Positions 20,039 through 30,374 of a stretch of 64,000 nucleotides of DNA are shown piece by piece. A program made the position numbers and the translations under genes. The notes under the pieces were generated by a model, which saw nothing but the letters and a program-made list of their open reading frames with translations, ran no database searches and was not told where the DNA came from. Each line of letters begins with the position of its first letter. The stretch's first letter is position 1. Source of the DNA: an uncultured Gammaproteobacteria bacterium (GTDB taxonomy: Bacteria; Patescibacteriota; Patescibacteriia; Magasanikbacterales; UBA922); assembly GCA_964522435.1 (NCBI GenBank), contig CAZFUL010000002.1, forward strand, positions 44,631 to 108,630, read 5' to 3'.

Positions 20039-20443
20039 ATGATTCAAATAAGTAAACAAGTCGATTACGCCATTCAATTTTTGTTGGCATTACGATCATT
20101 GCCAGAAGGCAATTATTTAAGTGTACGACAGTTTGCCAAGGAGCGCAATATATCTTTTTTGTTTTTACAAAACATTGTTCGCTTGCTTCGCCAAGGGGGG
20201 CTCGTAAGGGCAACCAAGGGCGTGCAAGGGGGGTATCGCTTGGCAGTATCCGCGCAAGAGATTAATTTGTATACCATTACGCATGCCTTGCATGGGGAGT
20301 ATAGAACGGTGCCTTGTATGAATTGCGGCAGTTGCCCAGTAGCAAAGACCTGTACGAGTAAAGAATTTTTTTCAGAATTTCAAAAAGATATGTTAGCACT
20401 CATGCAAACATATACGTTAGCAGATCAACAACCCCGCAGCTAA
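20039..20443 (+). CDS. Rrf2-family transcriptional regulator
   Basis: MIQISKQVDYAI, GLVRATKGVQGGYRLA, Cys cluster CMNCGSCPVAKTC. Confidence 0.9.
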   Translation: MIQISKQVDYAIQFLLALRSLPEGNYLSVRQFAKERNISFLFLQNIVRLLRQGGLVRATKGVQGGYRLAVSAQEINLYTITHALHGEYRTVPCMNCGSCPVAKTCTSKEFFSEFQKDMLALMQTYTLADQQPRS

Positions 20444-20444
20444 T

Positions 20445-21629
20445 ATGCGCTCTCTTTTTTCATCACAAAAAAAACACGTCTATTTAGATCATGCGGCTGC
20501 AACCCCGCTTGATGCTGTTGTGCGTGAGGTCATGCTTCCCTATATGAGTGATATATTTGGGAATCCCTCTGCACTATATGCACAAGCACAACAAGCAAAA
20601 GAAGCCGTGGATACTGCGCGTAAACAAGTAGCGACAGTACTTGCTGCGCAATCAGATACGATTATCTTTACGAGTGGGGGAACAGAATCCACCAATATGG
20701 CGGTGTTCGGTGTTACCCGTGCACAAAAAAAAGGACATATTATTACCACGGCTATTGAACATCCTGCCGTGTTACATCCTTGCCAACAATTAGAGCAGGA
20801 AGGATTTACCGTAACTTATTTAGAGGTGGATGACCAAGGACTCATACGCGCTGAGCAAGTAAAAGAAGCACTACGCCCAGATACTATTCTTGTTTCGATT
20901 ATGTATGCCAATAATGAAGTGGGCAGTGTGCAACCCATTGCCGATATTGGCAGAGTCTTATTGCAATGGCGTAAAGCACAAAAAACAGTTTATCCTCTTT
21001 TTCATACCGATGCCTGCCAAGCTGCAGGAGCGCTGACGCTGAATGTAGAAAAATTACATGTAGATTTGTTGAGTGCCAATGGAAGCAAAATATATGGACC
21101 AAAAGGCATTGGTATATTGTATGTCCGTCGTGGTGTAGAATTGTTGCCACTTATGTATGGGGGTGGACAAGAAATGAATAAACGCAGTGGTACAGAATCT
21201 GTTGCAAATATTGTTGGCTTTGCGAAAGCACTCACGAATGTGGCATTAGACAGTAGTCGTATTGCGAATATGCGTGAGTATTTGTGGAAACAAATACAAG
21301 AGCAGATTCCAGATGTTGTCTTGCATGGTCCGGCGTTGGGAGAAAAACGCTTGCCAAATAATCTTAATGTTTCGTTTCTTGGCGCACAGTCAGAAAGTGT
21401 GGTGGTGTATTTGGATGCAAAAGGCATTGCGGTTGGCACCGGTTCTGCTTGTGCAACAGGGGAAGAAGAAGGCTCACATGTGCTTCGTGCCATGGGAAAA
21501 AAGACGCAAGAGATTGAAAGCAGTGTGCGTTTTAGTTTAGGAAAAGATACGACAAAACAAGATATTGCGTATGTAATGAAGCATCTTCCCGCTATTGTAA
21601 AAATGGTGAGGGGGATGACCCTACTCTAG
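20445..21629 (+). CDS. iscS: Cysteine desulfurase, group I (IscS/NifS-like)
   Basis: YLDHAAATP, FTSGGTES, HTDACQA, SKIYGPKG, GTGSAC. Confidence 0.9.
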   Translation: MRSLFSSQKKHVYLDHAAATPLDAVVREVMLPYMSDIFGNPSALYAQAQQAKEAVDTARKQVATVLAAQSDTIIFTSGGTESTNMAVFGVTRAQKKGHIITTAIEHPAVLHPCQQLEQEGFTVTYLEVDDQGLIRAEQVKEALRPDTILVSIMYANNEVGSVQPIADIGRVLLQWRKAQKTVYPLFHTDACQAAGALTLNVEKLHVDLLSANGSKIYGPKGIGILYVRRGVELLPLMYGGGQEMNKRSGTESVANIVGFAKALTNVALDSSRIANMREYLWKQIQEQIPDVVLHGPALGEKRLPNNLNVSFLGAQSESVVVYLDAKGIAVGTGSACATGEEEGSHVLRAMGKKTQEIESSVRFSLGKDTTKQDIAYVMKHLPAIVKMVRGMTLL

Positions 21630-21631
21630 AT

Positions 21632-23038
21632 ATGTCTATACAAAAACCAACAATCACTCTTGACCGTTCGCTCTACGATGACGCAAACGTAGATCGTTCA
21701 AGTTACAAAGCAGCGCCAGGATTATCCAAGGAGCTGATTATTGATATTTCCACACAAAAAAATGAACCCAAATGGATGTTAGACAAACGCTTAAAAGCTT
21801 TTGAATTTTTTCAACAAAAACCTATTCCAACCTGGGGGCCTGATTTATCTGGCTTAGATTTAGATAAAATTATTTATTATGTTCGCCCTGGAACAAAAGA
21901 AAGTACCACCTGGGAAGATGTGCCAGAAGATATTAAAAAAACATTTGATCGTTTAGGTATTCCTGAAGCAGAAAAAACAGCGCTTGCCGGAGTTGGCGCA
22001 CAATATGATTCTGATGTGGTGTATCACAATATTCAAGACGACTTAAAAAAGAAAGGCGTGATTTTTGAAAACATGGATGTGGCAGTGCAGCTGTATCCTG
22101 ATTTGGTAAAAAAATATTTCATGACCCAGTGTGTGCCGATTAATGACCACAAATTTGTCATGTTACACGGCGCGGTCTGGAGTGGGGGAACATTTATTTA
22201 TATTCCCAAAGGCGTGCAGGTAGAATTGCCCTTGCAAGCGTATTTCCGCATGAACGCAGAGTCGGGTGGACAATTTGAACATACGCTTATTATTGCCGAT
22301 GAAGATTCATCGGTGCAATATATTGAAGGCTGTTCTGCCCCACGCTATACCACCAATTCACTGCACGCAGGATGTGTAGAAATTTTTGTGCACGCGAATG
22401 CAAAAGTAAAATATTATTCGATTGAAAATTGGTCAAAAAATACTTACAACTTAAATACCAAACGAGCCTTGGTTGATGAAAATGCGAGTATGGAATGGGT
22501 GAGTGGGAACATGGGTTCTGGCATTACCATGTTATATCCATCATCAGTTCTGCGTGGTCGTGGCGCACACTCCGATAGTTTAGGCATTGCCTTTGCTGGG
22601 CCAGGACAACATCAAGATACGGGGGCGAAAGCGATTCATGCCGCACCAAATACTTCTTCTAATATTCGGTCTCGTTCTATTTCTGTGGGTGGTGGCATTG
22701 CCGGGTTTAGAGGCTTGATTAAAGTCACCAAAAAAGCGGTAAATAGTACGGCGCTTATGAGTTGTGACGCCCTTCTTTTAGATGAAGATTCTGTTGCCAA
22801 TACCTATCCCGCATTGCAAATTGACACCAACGATGTGTCTGTTGCTCATGAAGCACGCATTGGAAAAATTGGTGATGAACAATTGTTTTATCTTATGAGT
22901 AGGGGCCTCAGCGAAGAACAAGCCATGCGCTTGATTGTTTCTGGATTTGTGGAACCGATTGTCAAAGCCTTGCCACTGGAGTATGCGGTTGAATTAAATA
23001 AATTAATTGAATTAGAAATGGAAGGGGCGATTGGCTAA
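21632..23038 (+). CDS. sufB: Fe-S cluster assembly protein SufB
   Basis: GVGAQYDS, GQFEHTLI, YIEGCSAP, CDALL, HEARIGKI, PLEYAVE. Confidence 0.95.
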   Translation: MSIQKPTITLDRSLYDDANVDRSSYKAAPGLSKELIIDISTQKNEPKWMLDKRLKAFEFFQQKPIPTWGPDLSGLDLDKIIYYVRPGTKESTTWEDVPEDIKKTFDRLGIPEAEKTALAGVGAQYDSDVVYHNIQDDLKKKGVIFENMDVAVQLYPDLVKKYFMTQCVPINDHKFVMLHGAVWSGGTFIYIPKGVQVELPLQAYFRMNAESGGQFEHTLIIADEDSSVQYIEGCSAPRYTTNSLHAGCVEIFVHANAKVKYYSIENWSKNTYNLNTKRALVDENASMEWVSGNMGSGITMLYPSSVLRGRGAHSDSLGIAFAGPGQHQDTGAKAIHAAPNTSSNIRSRSISVGGGIAGFRGLIKVTKKAVNSTALMSCDALLLDEDSVANTYPALQIDTNDVSVAHEARIGKIGDEQLFYLMSRGLSEEQAMRLIVSGFVEPIVKALPLEYAVELNKLIELEMEGAIG

Positions 23039-23047
23039 AAATAGATT

Positions 23048-24274
23048 ATGATGAATGATCATATCAAACAACAATTCCCGATTTTTCAACACCACCCTAA
23101 CCTGGTGTATCTTGATAGTGCGGCAAGTACCCAAACACCACAAGTGGTGATTGATGCGATGAATAACTATTACACACATTATCGAGCAAACATTCATCGC
23201 GGGTTGTATGACCTCAGTCAACAAGCAACTGAGGCGTACGAAAACGCCCGTCAAAAAGTGGCAGCCTTTATTGGCGCAGCGCCGAATGAGATTATCTTTA
23301 CCTCTGGCACCACTCAGGGATTAAATTTTTTGGCAAAGTCTTTAGGCCAACAATTACAACCCGGAGATAATATTGTTCTTACCAGATCAGAACATCATGC
23401 GAATCTTATCCCATGGCAACAACTGGCAAAAGAGCGGGGAGTAGAGTTGCGTTTTATTGACCTTGATGTACCGACCGCAACGCGTGCTGGAACCTATACC
23501 CCAACCAAGAGTTCTGCCGAACAGTGTATTGATAAAAACACCAAGATAGTTTCTTTTTCATTAGTATCAAACGTGCTTGGCACGATTACGCTTGCCAATG
23601 ACATTATTGATATTGCAAAACAATATGGTGCTATTACTATTGTTGATGCGGCACAAGCGATGGCGCATATGCCGATAGATATAAAACAAGTAGATGCTGA
23701 TTTTCTTGTTTTTTCTGGACACAAGATGTATGGCCCAACCGGCATTGGCGTAGTCTATGGAAGAAAAGAACGACTGGAAACGCTCGAACCCTATATGTAT
23801 GGCGGAGATATGGTAGCGGAAGTAAGCTATCAAGATGCCACCTGGGCGGATATTCCAGCCCGTTTTGAAGGGGGAACGCCCAATATCGCTGGGGCAATTG
23901 GACTTGGTGCAGCCGTTGATTTTATTCAATCCCTGGGATGGAATACCATCATTGAACATGAAGTGCCGCTGACGGAAAAACTCTGTACTGAACTCAAAAC
24001 TATTGAGGGATTAACCATCATTGGTGCCGAATTTGGCGAGAATAGAATTGGTGTGGTTTCTTTTGTGATTGACGGGATTCATAGCCATGATGTGGCAGAA
24101 ATTTTGAATCGTGATCAGGTCTGTATCCGTGGTGGACATCACTGTGCTATGCCACTCATGCAGTATTTAGGATTGGGAGGAACCAATCGCATATCTGTTG
24201 GTATCTATACCTCGTGGCAAGATATTGATATGTGTATTGCTGCGCTCAAAAAAACAACACAGATATTTACTTAA
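23048..24274 (+). CDS. sufS: Cysteine desulfurase, group II
   Basis: YLDSAAST, ANIHRG, FSGHKMYGPTG, RGGHHCA. Confidence 0.93.
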   Translation: MMNDHIKQQFPIFQHHPNLVYLDSAASTQTPQVVIDAMNNYYTHYRANIHRGLYDLSQQATEAYENARQKVAAFIGAAPNEIIFTSGTTQGLNFLAKSLGQQLQPGDNIVLTRSEHHANLIPWQQLAKERGVELRFIDLDVPTATRAGTYTPTKSSAEQCIDKNTKIVSFSLVSNVLGTITLANDIIDIAKQYGAITIVDAAQAMAHMPIDIKQVDADFLVFSGHKMYGPTGIGVVYGRKERLETLEPYMYGGDMVAEVSYQDATWADIPARFEGGTPNIAGAIGLGAAVDFIQSLGWNTIIEHEVPLTEKLCTELKTIEGLTIIGAEFGENRIGVVSFVIDGIHSHDVAEILNRDQVCIRGGHHCAMPLMQYLGLGGTNRISVGIYTSWQDIDMCIAALKKTTQIFT

Positions 24275-24278
24275 TCAT

Positions 24279-24647
24279 ATGGAAGATATTCTCTACAAAG
24301 AATTTATTCTTGATCTGTACAGACATCCCTTGAATAAAAGATATATGGATGACCATCAGGCGTCTGCGACAGAATCCAATCCAACCTGTGGGGACGTGAT
24401 TCATCTGTTTGTAAAATATACCGATGGAACACATATAGAAGCGTCTCACCAGGGGCAAGGCTGCGCAATTTCTCAAGCAGCGGTGTCCCTCTTAACCGAA
24501 GAAGTAACAGGAAAAACAAAAGAGGATATTTTACAGCTGACAGAAAAAGATCTTGTTGCGATGCTTGGCATAGATATTTCAAGCAATCGTATTAACTGTG
24601 CCACACTGGGATTAAAAGCATTACAAAAATCAGTCGGACAACTATGA
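24279..24647 (+). CDS. sufU: SufU/IscU-type sulfur acceptor
   Basis: NPTCGD, GCAISQA, RINCA; start MEDILY. Confidence 0.9.
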   Translation: MEDILYKEFILDLYRHPLNKRYMDDHQASATESNPTCGDVIHLFVKYTDGTHIEASHQGQGCAISQAAVSLLTEEVTGKTKEDILQLTEKDLVAMLGIDISSNRINCATLGLKALQKSVGQL

Positions 24648-25384
24648 GTTTACACATCAACAATTTACATGCATCGATAGAAAAAAAAGAAATTCTGAAA
24701 GGGATTGATCTTAATATTGCTCCGGGAGAAGTGCATGTGATTATGGGACCAAATGGTTCTGGAAAATCGACGCTTGCGCAAGTGTTAATGGGCAATCCTG
24801 CCTACCACGTCGAACGTGGGGAAGTGATGATAGATAATAAAAATCTTCTTGCTATGCCGGTCAATGAACGCGCAACAAGTGGGCTGTTTTTATCGCAGCA
24901 ATATGCGCCAGAAATTTTAGGAGTGAGTGTTACCAATTTACTGCGTTTGGTGGTAGAATCAAAAACAGGAGAAAAACAACATCCCATTAAATTTTATAAA
25001 AAAGTGGTTGCAGTATTGGAACAACTTGGCTTAGGAAAAGAATTTGCCTCTCGTTCGCTGCATGCTGGCGCCTCTGGTGGAGAAAAAAAACGTTTGGAAT
25101 TAGCACAATTATTATTAATAGAACCAACCTACGCCATTCTCGATGAGATAGACTCTGGATTAGATGTGGATGCCTTAAAAATTGTTGCAGAAGGAATTAC
25201 CACGTATCGTCGAGAAGACCGCGCAATACTCTTGATTACGCACTATAATCGCTTGCTTGACTATGTGATTCCAGATGTCGTGCATATTATGTATCAAGGA
25301 ACCATTATTAAAACGGGTGGAAAAGAATTAGCAAAAGAAATTGAAGCGACGGGCTATGAATCATTTATTGCAAAAGCCTCATAA
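24644..25384 (+). CDS. sufC: Fe-S assembly ATPase SufC
   Basis: MGPNGSGKST, SGGEKKR, LDEIDSGLDVD, ITHYNRLL. Confidence 0.95.
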   Translation: MSLHINNLHASIEKKEILKGIDLNIAPGEVHVIMGPNGSGKSTLAQVLMGNPAYHVERGEVMIDNKNLLAMPVNERATSGLFLSQQYAPEILGVSVTNLLRLVVESKTGEKQHPIKFYKKVVAVLEQLGLGKEFASRSLHAGASGGEKKRLELAQLLLIEPTYAILDEIDSGLDVDALKIVAEGITTYRREDRAILLITHYNRLLDYVIPDVVHIMYQGTIIKTGGKELAKEIEATGYESFIAKAS

Positions 25385-25390
25385 AATAGT

Positions 25391-25678
25391 ATGATAACAA
25401 AAGAACGCGTGATAGAAGAATTAGAAACGGTCATGGATCCAGAAATTGGCTTGGATATTTATACCATTGGTCTTATTTATAATGTGACATTGGTGAGTGA
25501 CAAAGAAGTATCTATTCTTATGACCTACACCACACCGGTGTGCCCGTTTGGTCCGGCCTTAAATCAAGAGGTAAAAGATGCCATGTATGAGCTGGGATTT
25601 TCTCGTGTGAATTTAGAAATTACCTTTGACCCACCATGGAAACCGCCAGAAAATTTGCGGGAAATGATGGGAATATAA
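25391..25678 (+). CDS. DUF59/SufT-like Fe-S maturation protein
   Basis: DPEIGLDI..GLIY, MTYTTPVCP, FDPPW. Confidence 0.9.
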   Translation: MITKERVIEELETVMDPEIGLDIYTIGLIYNVTLVSDKEVSILMTYTTPVCPFGPALNQEVKDAMYELGFSRVNLEITFDPPWKPPENLREMMGI

Positions 25679-25681
25679 ATT

Positions 25682-25984
25682 ATGAAAAAAATACGAGTTT
25701 GTAACAGCCGTTCCTGCACTGCCTTTGGGGCAAATCGGGTGATGGAACAAGTAGAAAAAGATACTGGCGTTTCTGCTGGTACAGCTAACAACGACTATGA
25801 TGTTGATTATTGTGGTTGTTTGGGTTGGTGTTCTAATTCTCCGAATGTGCAAGTAGATGATGAACGCATTCTTTTTGATGTGGCTCCGGAAGACGCAATG
25901 CGTCGGATAAACAGTGAAGAAAACAATGAAGGACCCTATTTGCACATTGATCTATTGATTGATGACCCCTTTCTTAAACCATAA
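25682..25984 (+). CDS. Thioredoxin-like [2Fe-2S] ferredoxin (NuoE-like)
   Basis: VCNSRSC...CLGWC..PNV. Confidence 0.8.
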   Translation: MKKIRVCNSRSCTAFGANRVMEQVEKDTGVSAGTANNDYDVDYCGCLGWCSNSPNVQVDDERILFDVAPEDAMRRINSEENNEGPYLHIDLLIDDPFLKP

Positions 25985-26045
25985 GTTGATTTTTTTACGC
26001 CGCTTTGCTATATTTTGCCCATATATTTATTTCTCGGTTATCACT

Positions 26046-26378
26046 ATGGATGCGCAAACCATCATGAATGAAAATAATAAAAAAGCAGATGAGGCAACAG
26101 ATATTGTTGTACCTGCTGATTTACCAGAATCAATTTCTCAAGGAATTAAAAAAGAGGGGAGAATTCGCCGCATTGTGGTAGACCGCCAAGCCTGTATTGG
26201 GGCTGGGTCTTGTGTTGTGGTCACCGAAAAATTATTTCAACTGGATAAAGAAAATCTTGCGTATGTGGTAGATCCAGATAGTTATGATGATGAAACCGTG
26301 CAACTTTCTGCAGAATCTTGTCCAGTACTCGCGATACTCTTGTACGATAAAGATGGAAATAAAATATTTCCTGAGTAA
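26046..26378 (+). CDS. Single-cluster ferredoxin (probably [3Fe-4S])
   Basis: CIGAGSC (CxxAxxC) ... CPVLAI. Confidence 0.8.
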   Translation: MDAQTIMNENNKKADEATDIVVPADLPESISQGIKKEGRIRRIVVDRQACIGAGSCVVVTEKLFQLDKENLAYVVDPDSYDDETVQLSAESCPVLAILLYDKDGNKIFPE

Positions 26379-26393
26379 TACCTCTTTTTCAAA

Positions 26394-26438
26394 AATAAAA
26401 AATCCCTTTACGCGCTTGCGTTGAAGGGATTTTTTATT
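26394..26438. terminator. Bidirectional terminator
   Basis: AATAAAAAATCCCTT...AAGGGATTTTTTATT between convergent genes. Confidence 0.75.
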
Positions 26439-26516
26439 CTCCAGTATTTTTTTGTAAAAAAATGCACTGGGGATGGCACGCAACGGGGTGGGATGTGGTT
26501 GTTGCGTGGTTTCTCC

Positions 26517-27257
26517 TTAGTTGGCGGCGTCAACCCCAGGGTCATCAGCCTCAGCCGCTCGATAATCGGGTGGTGGGTGGCAGACGACGTCCCCTTCTTG
26601 CAAGGGGTAGGGGCCGCCCTCTGCTGCCCCTTCAAACAGGGGCTGATTGAGGCTGTTGTTCCGCAACATCGCGGTGTAGTTGAGGCCGTACACCGCCGCA
26701 TAGCGGCCGAGGGTATCGGGGTCCTCTTCCTTGACGATCCCGTAGAGAAGAGATCCACAGCGCCTTGCGTCTTTGCGCTCGTTGTTGCTGGGTTGCGGCT
26801 TCTCTTCCTCTGGTTCAACGAGCGCTCCGGTCTTTTCATCATAATCTTTGGGGACAAAGTGTCCCAAGACGTCACCCGCTGGGTCGGCGAGCCCGGCGTT
26901 CAGACGCAGGAGCGTGTGTTCGTCTGAATTGTGGTAGATAATAAAACCGGTTGCCACGAAGAGCAAGGATGCTCCGACCTGCCACTTCCAGGGGAGCCGA
27001 GGGAATGTGCCGAGGTACACGATTGCTGCATGTACCGTCACCCCCAGAAAGATGATCCCGCTGAGCATTGGGAAGAAATTCTGGGCGCCAAACACCGCCG
27101 ACCAGGCAGTGCAGAAGATGAGCGTCATCGTTCCCCTGAGGAAGTTCTTCTGGGCTTTGGTAAACGGAGCTGTTTTCTTCAGGGGAGGAGGTTCTTCTTC
27201 GGGAAACTCCTGAGGGGGAGGTTCAGTGGAATCTGCTGGAGTGTATTTTTCTGTCAT
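26517..27257 (-). CDS. GC-rich membrane protein with C-terminal LysM-like domain
   Basis: AAGGAG SD; 3 TM segments; IVKEEDPDTLGRYAAVYGLNYTAMLRNNSL...LQEGDVVCHP matches the LysM pattern. Confidence 0.7.
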   Translation of the reverse strand: MTEKYTPADSTEPPPQEFPEEEPPPLKKTAPFTKAQKNFLRGTMTLIFCTAWSAVFGAQNFFPMLSGIIFLGVTVHAAIVYLGTFPRLPWKWQVGASLLFVATGFIIYHNSDEHTLLRLNAGLADPAGDVLGHFVPKDYDEKTGALVEPEEEKPQPSNNERKDARRCGSLLYGIVKEEDPDTLGRYAAVYGLNYTAMLRNNSLNQPLFEGAAEGGPYPLQEGDVVCHPPPDYRAAEADDPGVDAAN

Positions 27258-27404
27258 GATGTTTCTCCTTCGGCGCTGAGGGGGGCGCCGAGATCTGTTG
27301 TGTATAGATCATATCCCTCTGTTTACCTCCAGTTAGAGAGAAATACGATGTTCGACCCTAGCGCAGATTGGGGTTTTTGTCAAGCTAGGGGGGATATCCT
27401 AACG

Positions 27405-27502
27405 ATCCCTTTTCAGCATACAAGCACGAAAGCAACTCGCGTAGGGTGCCAGATGCACCCTACGCTGCGACTGCTTTCTTTGCCTGTATGCTGTAGCGGG
27501 AT
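27405..27502. repeat. 98-bp long bulged hairpin element, copy 2
   Basis: 93/98 identical to 10610-10707, same orientation. Confidence 0.9.
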
Positions 27503-27541
27503 AGGATTAGTTAATTTGTCTTACTTTTTTAGGGAGTATAA

Positions 27542-27568
27542 AAAAGCCCCTATACTATAGGAGCTTTT
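27542..27568 (-). terminator. clpB terminator
   Basis: AAAAGCCCCTATACTATAGGAGCTTTT hairpin. Confidence 0.6.
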
Positions 27569-27585
27569 AATATATATATTGATGC

Positions 27586-30228
27586 CTATTTTTTCTTAAC
27601 CGTAATACTATCCTCTTTAATACTTACTAACACCGTATCATTTTCTTGAATAGTCCCTTCAATAATTTGCAACGCAAGAGGATCGAGGAGTTCTCGTTGA
27701 ATAATGCGCTTCAGTGGACGGGCGCCAAGATGTGGATCAAAGCCTTTTTCTCCCAACCAATCTTTGGCTTTTTTATCAACCGTTAGGGTAATTTTCTTTT
27801 CTTGTAATCGCGCTATTACTGCTGCTATTTGCAAATCAACAATATGGCGAATTTGTTTTTTATCAAGCGGGTGAAACATGATAATGTCATCAATACGATT
27901 CAAAAACTCTGGTTTAAAATGCTCGCGTAAGGTATCCATGAGTTTTTTCTTAATAGTTTCCTCATGATGTTTCATGCCACCTTGGTTATTTTCGCCAAAG
28001 CCAAGTTCACCACTTTTGCCCATGCGCATAATCATCTCAGAGCCCACATTACTCGTCATGATAATAACCGTATTTTTAAAGTTTACTTTTCTTCCTTTGG
28101 CATCAGTTAATTGTCCATCTTCTAAAATTTGCAACATCACATTAAATACTTCTGGATGTGCTTTTTCTATTTCATCAAACAATACCACCGAGTAGGGGCG
28201 ACGACGAATTTTTTCTGTGAGTTGTCCACCTTCTTCATAACCAACATAGCCTGGGGCTGCACCAAACATTTTACTTACCGAATGTTTTTCCATGTATTCA
28301 CTCATGTCCACCCGAACAATGGCGTTTTCATCATTAAATAAAAACGTGGCAAGGGTTTTGGCGAGTTCAGTTTTTCCTACGCCTGTTGGACCCATAAAGA
28401 TAAATGAGCCAATAGGACGTTTTTCTTCAGAAATACCAGCACGAGAACGACGAATCGCATGCGATACGGCAGAAATGGCTTCTTCTTGACCAACCACTCG
28501 GGAAGATAATTCTTCTTCCATGCGAGCAAGTTTTTTGGTTTCACTCTCGAGCATTTTGGATACAGGAATTCCTGTCCAGCGAGAAACAACATTCGCAATA
28601 TCTTCTTCGGTGACTTCTTCTTTCAAAATAGCTCTGCCTTTTTGTACGGCAGTTAATTTTTTTTCTAATTGGGTGATTTCTTTTTCTTTTGCAGGAATTT
28701 GTGCGTAACGAATTTCTGCAACTTTTTGTAAATCACCACGGCGTTCGGTAATTTCTGCTTCTTGTTTTAAGGTATCAATATCTTTTTTTGCGGTACGAAT
28801 ATTGGTAATAATATCTTTTTCATTTTTCCAATGGACTTCTAATTCATTACTTTTTTCTCTGGTGTTTTCTAATTCTTGTTGCAATTTTTGCAAGCGAGAC
28901 TTTGAATCCGCATCATGTTCTTTTTTTAGCGCTTCAATTTCAATTTCTAATTTCATCATGTGGCGTTTCATTCTATCCAAATCATCAGGGAGAGAATCAA
29001 TTTCCATACGCAGGGCCGCGGTTGCTTCATCAACCAAATCAATCGCTTTATCTGGTAAAAAGCGATCAGAAATATAGCGACCAGATAATTCTACTGCCGC
29101 GACAATTGCATTGTCCGTAATGCGTACCCCATGATGCACTTCATATTTTTCTTTAATCCCACGTAAAATGGCAATAGCATCAGATTGCTCTGGTTCTTCT
29201 ACTAATACGGGTTGAAACCGTCGTTCAAACGCCGCATCTTTTTCTATATATTTTTGATATTCTTTCAGCGTCGTTGCGCCCACGGTATGAATTTCTCCAC
29301 GTGCTAAGGCGGGTTTTAACATGTTGCTTGCGTCAATCGCCCCATCACTTGATCCTGCCCCAACAATCGTGTGGAGTTCATCTAAGAATAAGATAATTTT
29401 TCCTTTGGATTCACGGGCTTCTTTGAGGACTGCTTTAAATCGTTCTTCAAATTCACCACGGAATTTTGTTCCGGCAACAAGGGCGCCAATATCTAAACCA
29501 ATCACTTCTTTTTCTTTTAAGGATTCTGGGACATCACCTTTCACAATACGCTGCGCGAGTCCTTCAACAATCGCCGTTTTTCCGACGCCTGGTTCTCCAA
29601 TAAGCACCGGATTATTTTTTGTTCGTCGTGATAACACTTGCATCACCCGGCGGATTTCATCATCACGCCCAATGACTGGATCTAATTGTTCATTACGCGC
29701 GCGCTCAGTAAAATTAATGCCGTATTTTTCTAGTGCTTGATACTTACTTTCTGGCGTTTGTGAATCCACGCGTTGGGAACCACGTACTTGCGCTAATACT
29801 TTTAAGATATCATCGTATTGCACACCTTCGCGTTGTAATGCGTCGCTAATAGGATTTTTTTGTTTTGCATAGGCAAGTAACAAATGTTCCACGCTAATAT
29901 ATTCATCACCCATGCGTTTTGATTCTTCTTGGGCTTGTTGCAACACAAAAAGCATGGCTTGGCCCATAAGCACCTGCCCAAGCCCGCCAGAGATATGACC
30001 AAACTGTTTGGGTAATACATCGATCATTGCCTGCACATCACGTTTAATAGCAATAAGATTGACATCTAATTTTTGTAGTACCGAAATCACCACCCCATCT
30101 TCTTGCTCTAATAGCGCCATAAAGAGGTGAGGAGGCTCTACATGGGGTTGATTATTTTCATGCGCAATATGACTGGCCCGTTGTAACGCTTCTTGAGATT
30201 TATTGGTAAAATTATTTGGGTTAAGCAT
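27586..30228 (-). CDS. clpB: ATP-dependent chaperone ClpB
   Basis: Two AAA+ modules ([16 protein letters not shown]), long coiled-coil middle domain, PPG-like [18 protein letters not shown]. Confidence 0.97.
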   Translation of the reverse strand: MLNPNNFTNKSQEALQRASHIAHENNQPHVEPPHLFMALLEQEDGVVISVLQKLDVNLIAIKRDVQAMIDVLPKQFGHISGGLGQVLMGQAMLFVLQQAQEESKRMGDEYISVEHLLLAYAKQKNPISDALQREGVQYDDILKVLAQVRGSQRVDSQTPESKYQALEKYGINFTERARNEQLDPVIGRDDEIRRVMQVLSRRTKNNPVLIGEPGVGKTAIVEGLAQRIVKGDVPESLKEKEVIGLDIGALVAGTKFRGEFEERFKAVLKEARESKGKIILFLDELHTIVGAGSSDGAIDASNMLKPALARGEIHTVGATTLKEYQKYIEKDAAFERRFQPVLVEEPEQSDAIAILRGIKEKYEVHHGVRITDNAIVAAVELSGRYISDRFLPDKAIDLVDEATAALRMEIDSLPDDLDRMKRHMMKLEIEIEALKKEHDADSKSRLQKLQQELENTREKSNELEVHWKNEKDIITNIRTAKKDIDTLKQEAEITERRGDLQKVAEIRYAQIPAKEKEITQLEKKLTAVQKGRAILKEEVTEEDIANVVSRWTGIPVSKMLESETKKLARMEEELSSRVVGQEEAISAVSHAIRRSRAGISEEKRPIGSFIFMGPTGVGKTELAKTLATFLFNDENAIVRVDMSEYMEKHSVSKMFGAAPGYVGYEEGGQLTEKIRRRPYSVVLFDEIEKAHPEVFNVMLQILEDGQLTDAKGRKVNFKNTVIIMTSNVGSEMIMRMGKSGELGFGENNQGGMKHHEETIKKKLMDTLREHFKPEFLNRIDDIIMFHPLDKKQIRHIVDLQIAAVIARLQEKKITLTVDKKAKDWLGEKGFDPHLGARPLKRIIQRELLDPLALQIIEGTIQENDTVLVSIKEDSITVKKK

Positions 30229-30264
30229 AGGAGGGGAGTAATCAGTAATGAGTAAATAGAGAGA

Positions 30265-30320
30265 TTATCACTCTATTATATAGACTGATAATACTATAGC
30301 AGATTGAAAAAAGTTGTCAA
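30265..30320 (-). promoter_or_regulatory. clpB promoter with CIRCE-like operator
   Basis: TTGACA-N16-TATAGT followed by TTATCAGTC-N9-GAGTGATAA (30265-30291). Confidence 0.7.
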
Positions 30321-30374
30321 TTGTGCGAAAATACCGAATATGCTGATGGGGTTACCTGTCAGCTATCATATCCT

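Noticed and set aside
26408-27560. Overlapping alternative ORFs (26408-26875, 26421-26927, 26931-27560) and similar ones at 35347-35888 and 42621-43212
   Set aside because: Shadow ORFs expected in GC-rich DNA; only one frame per unit has an SD, a promoter and protein-like composition
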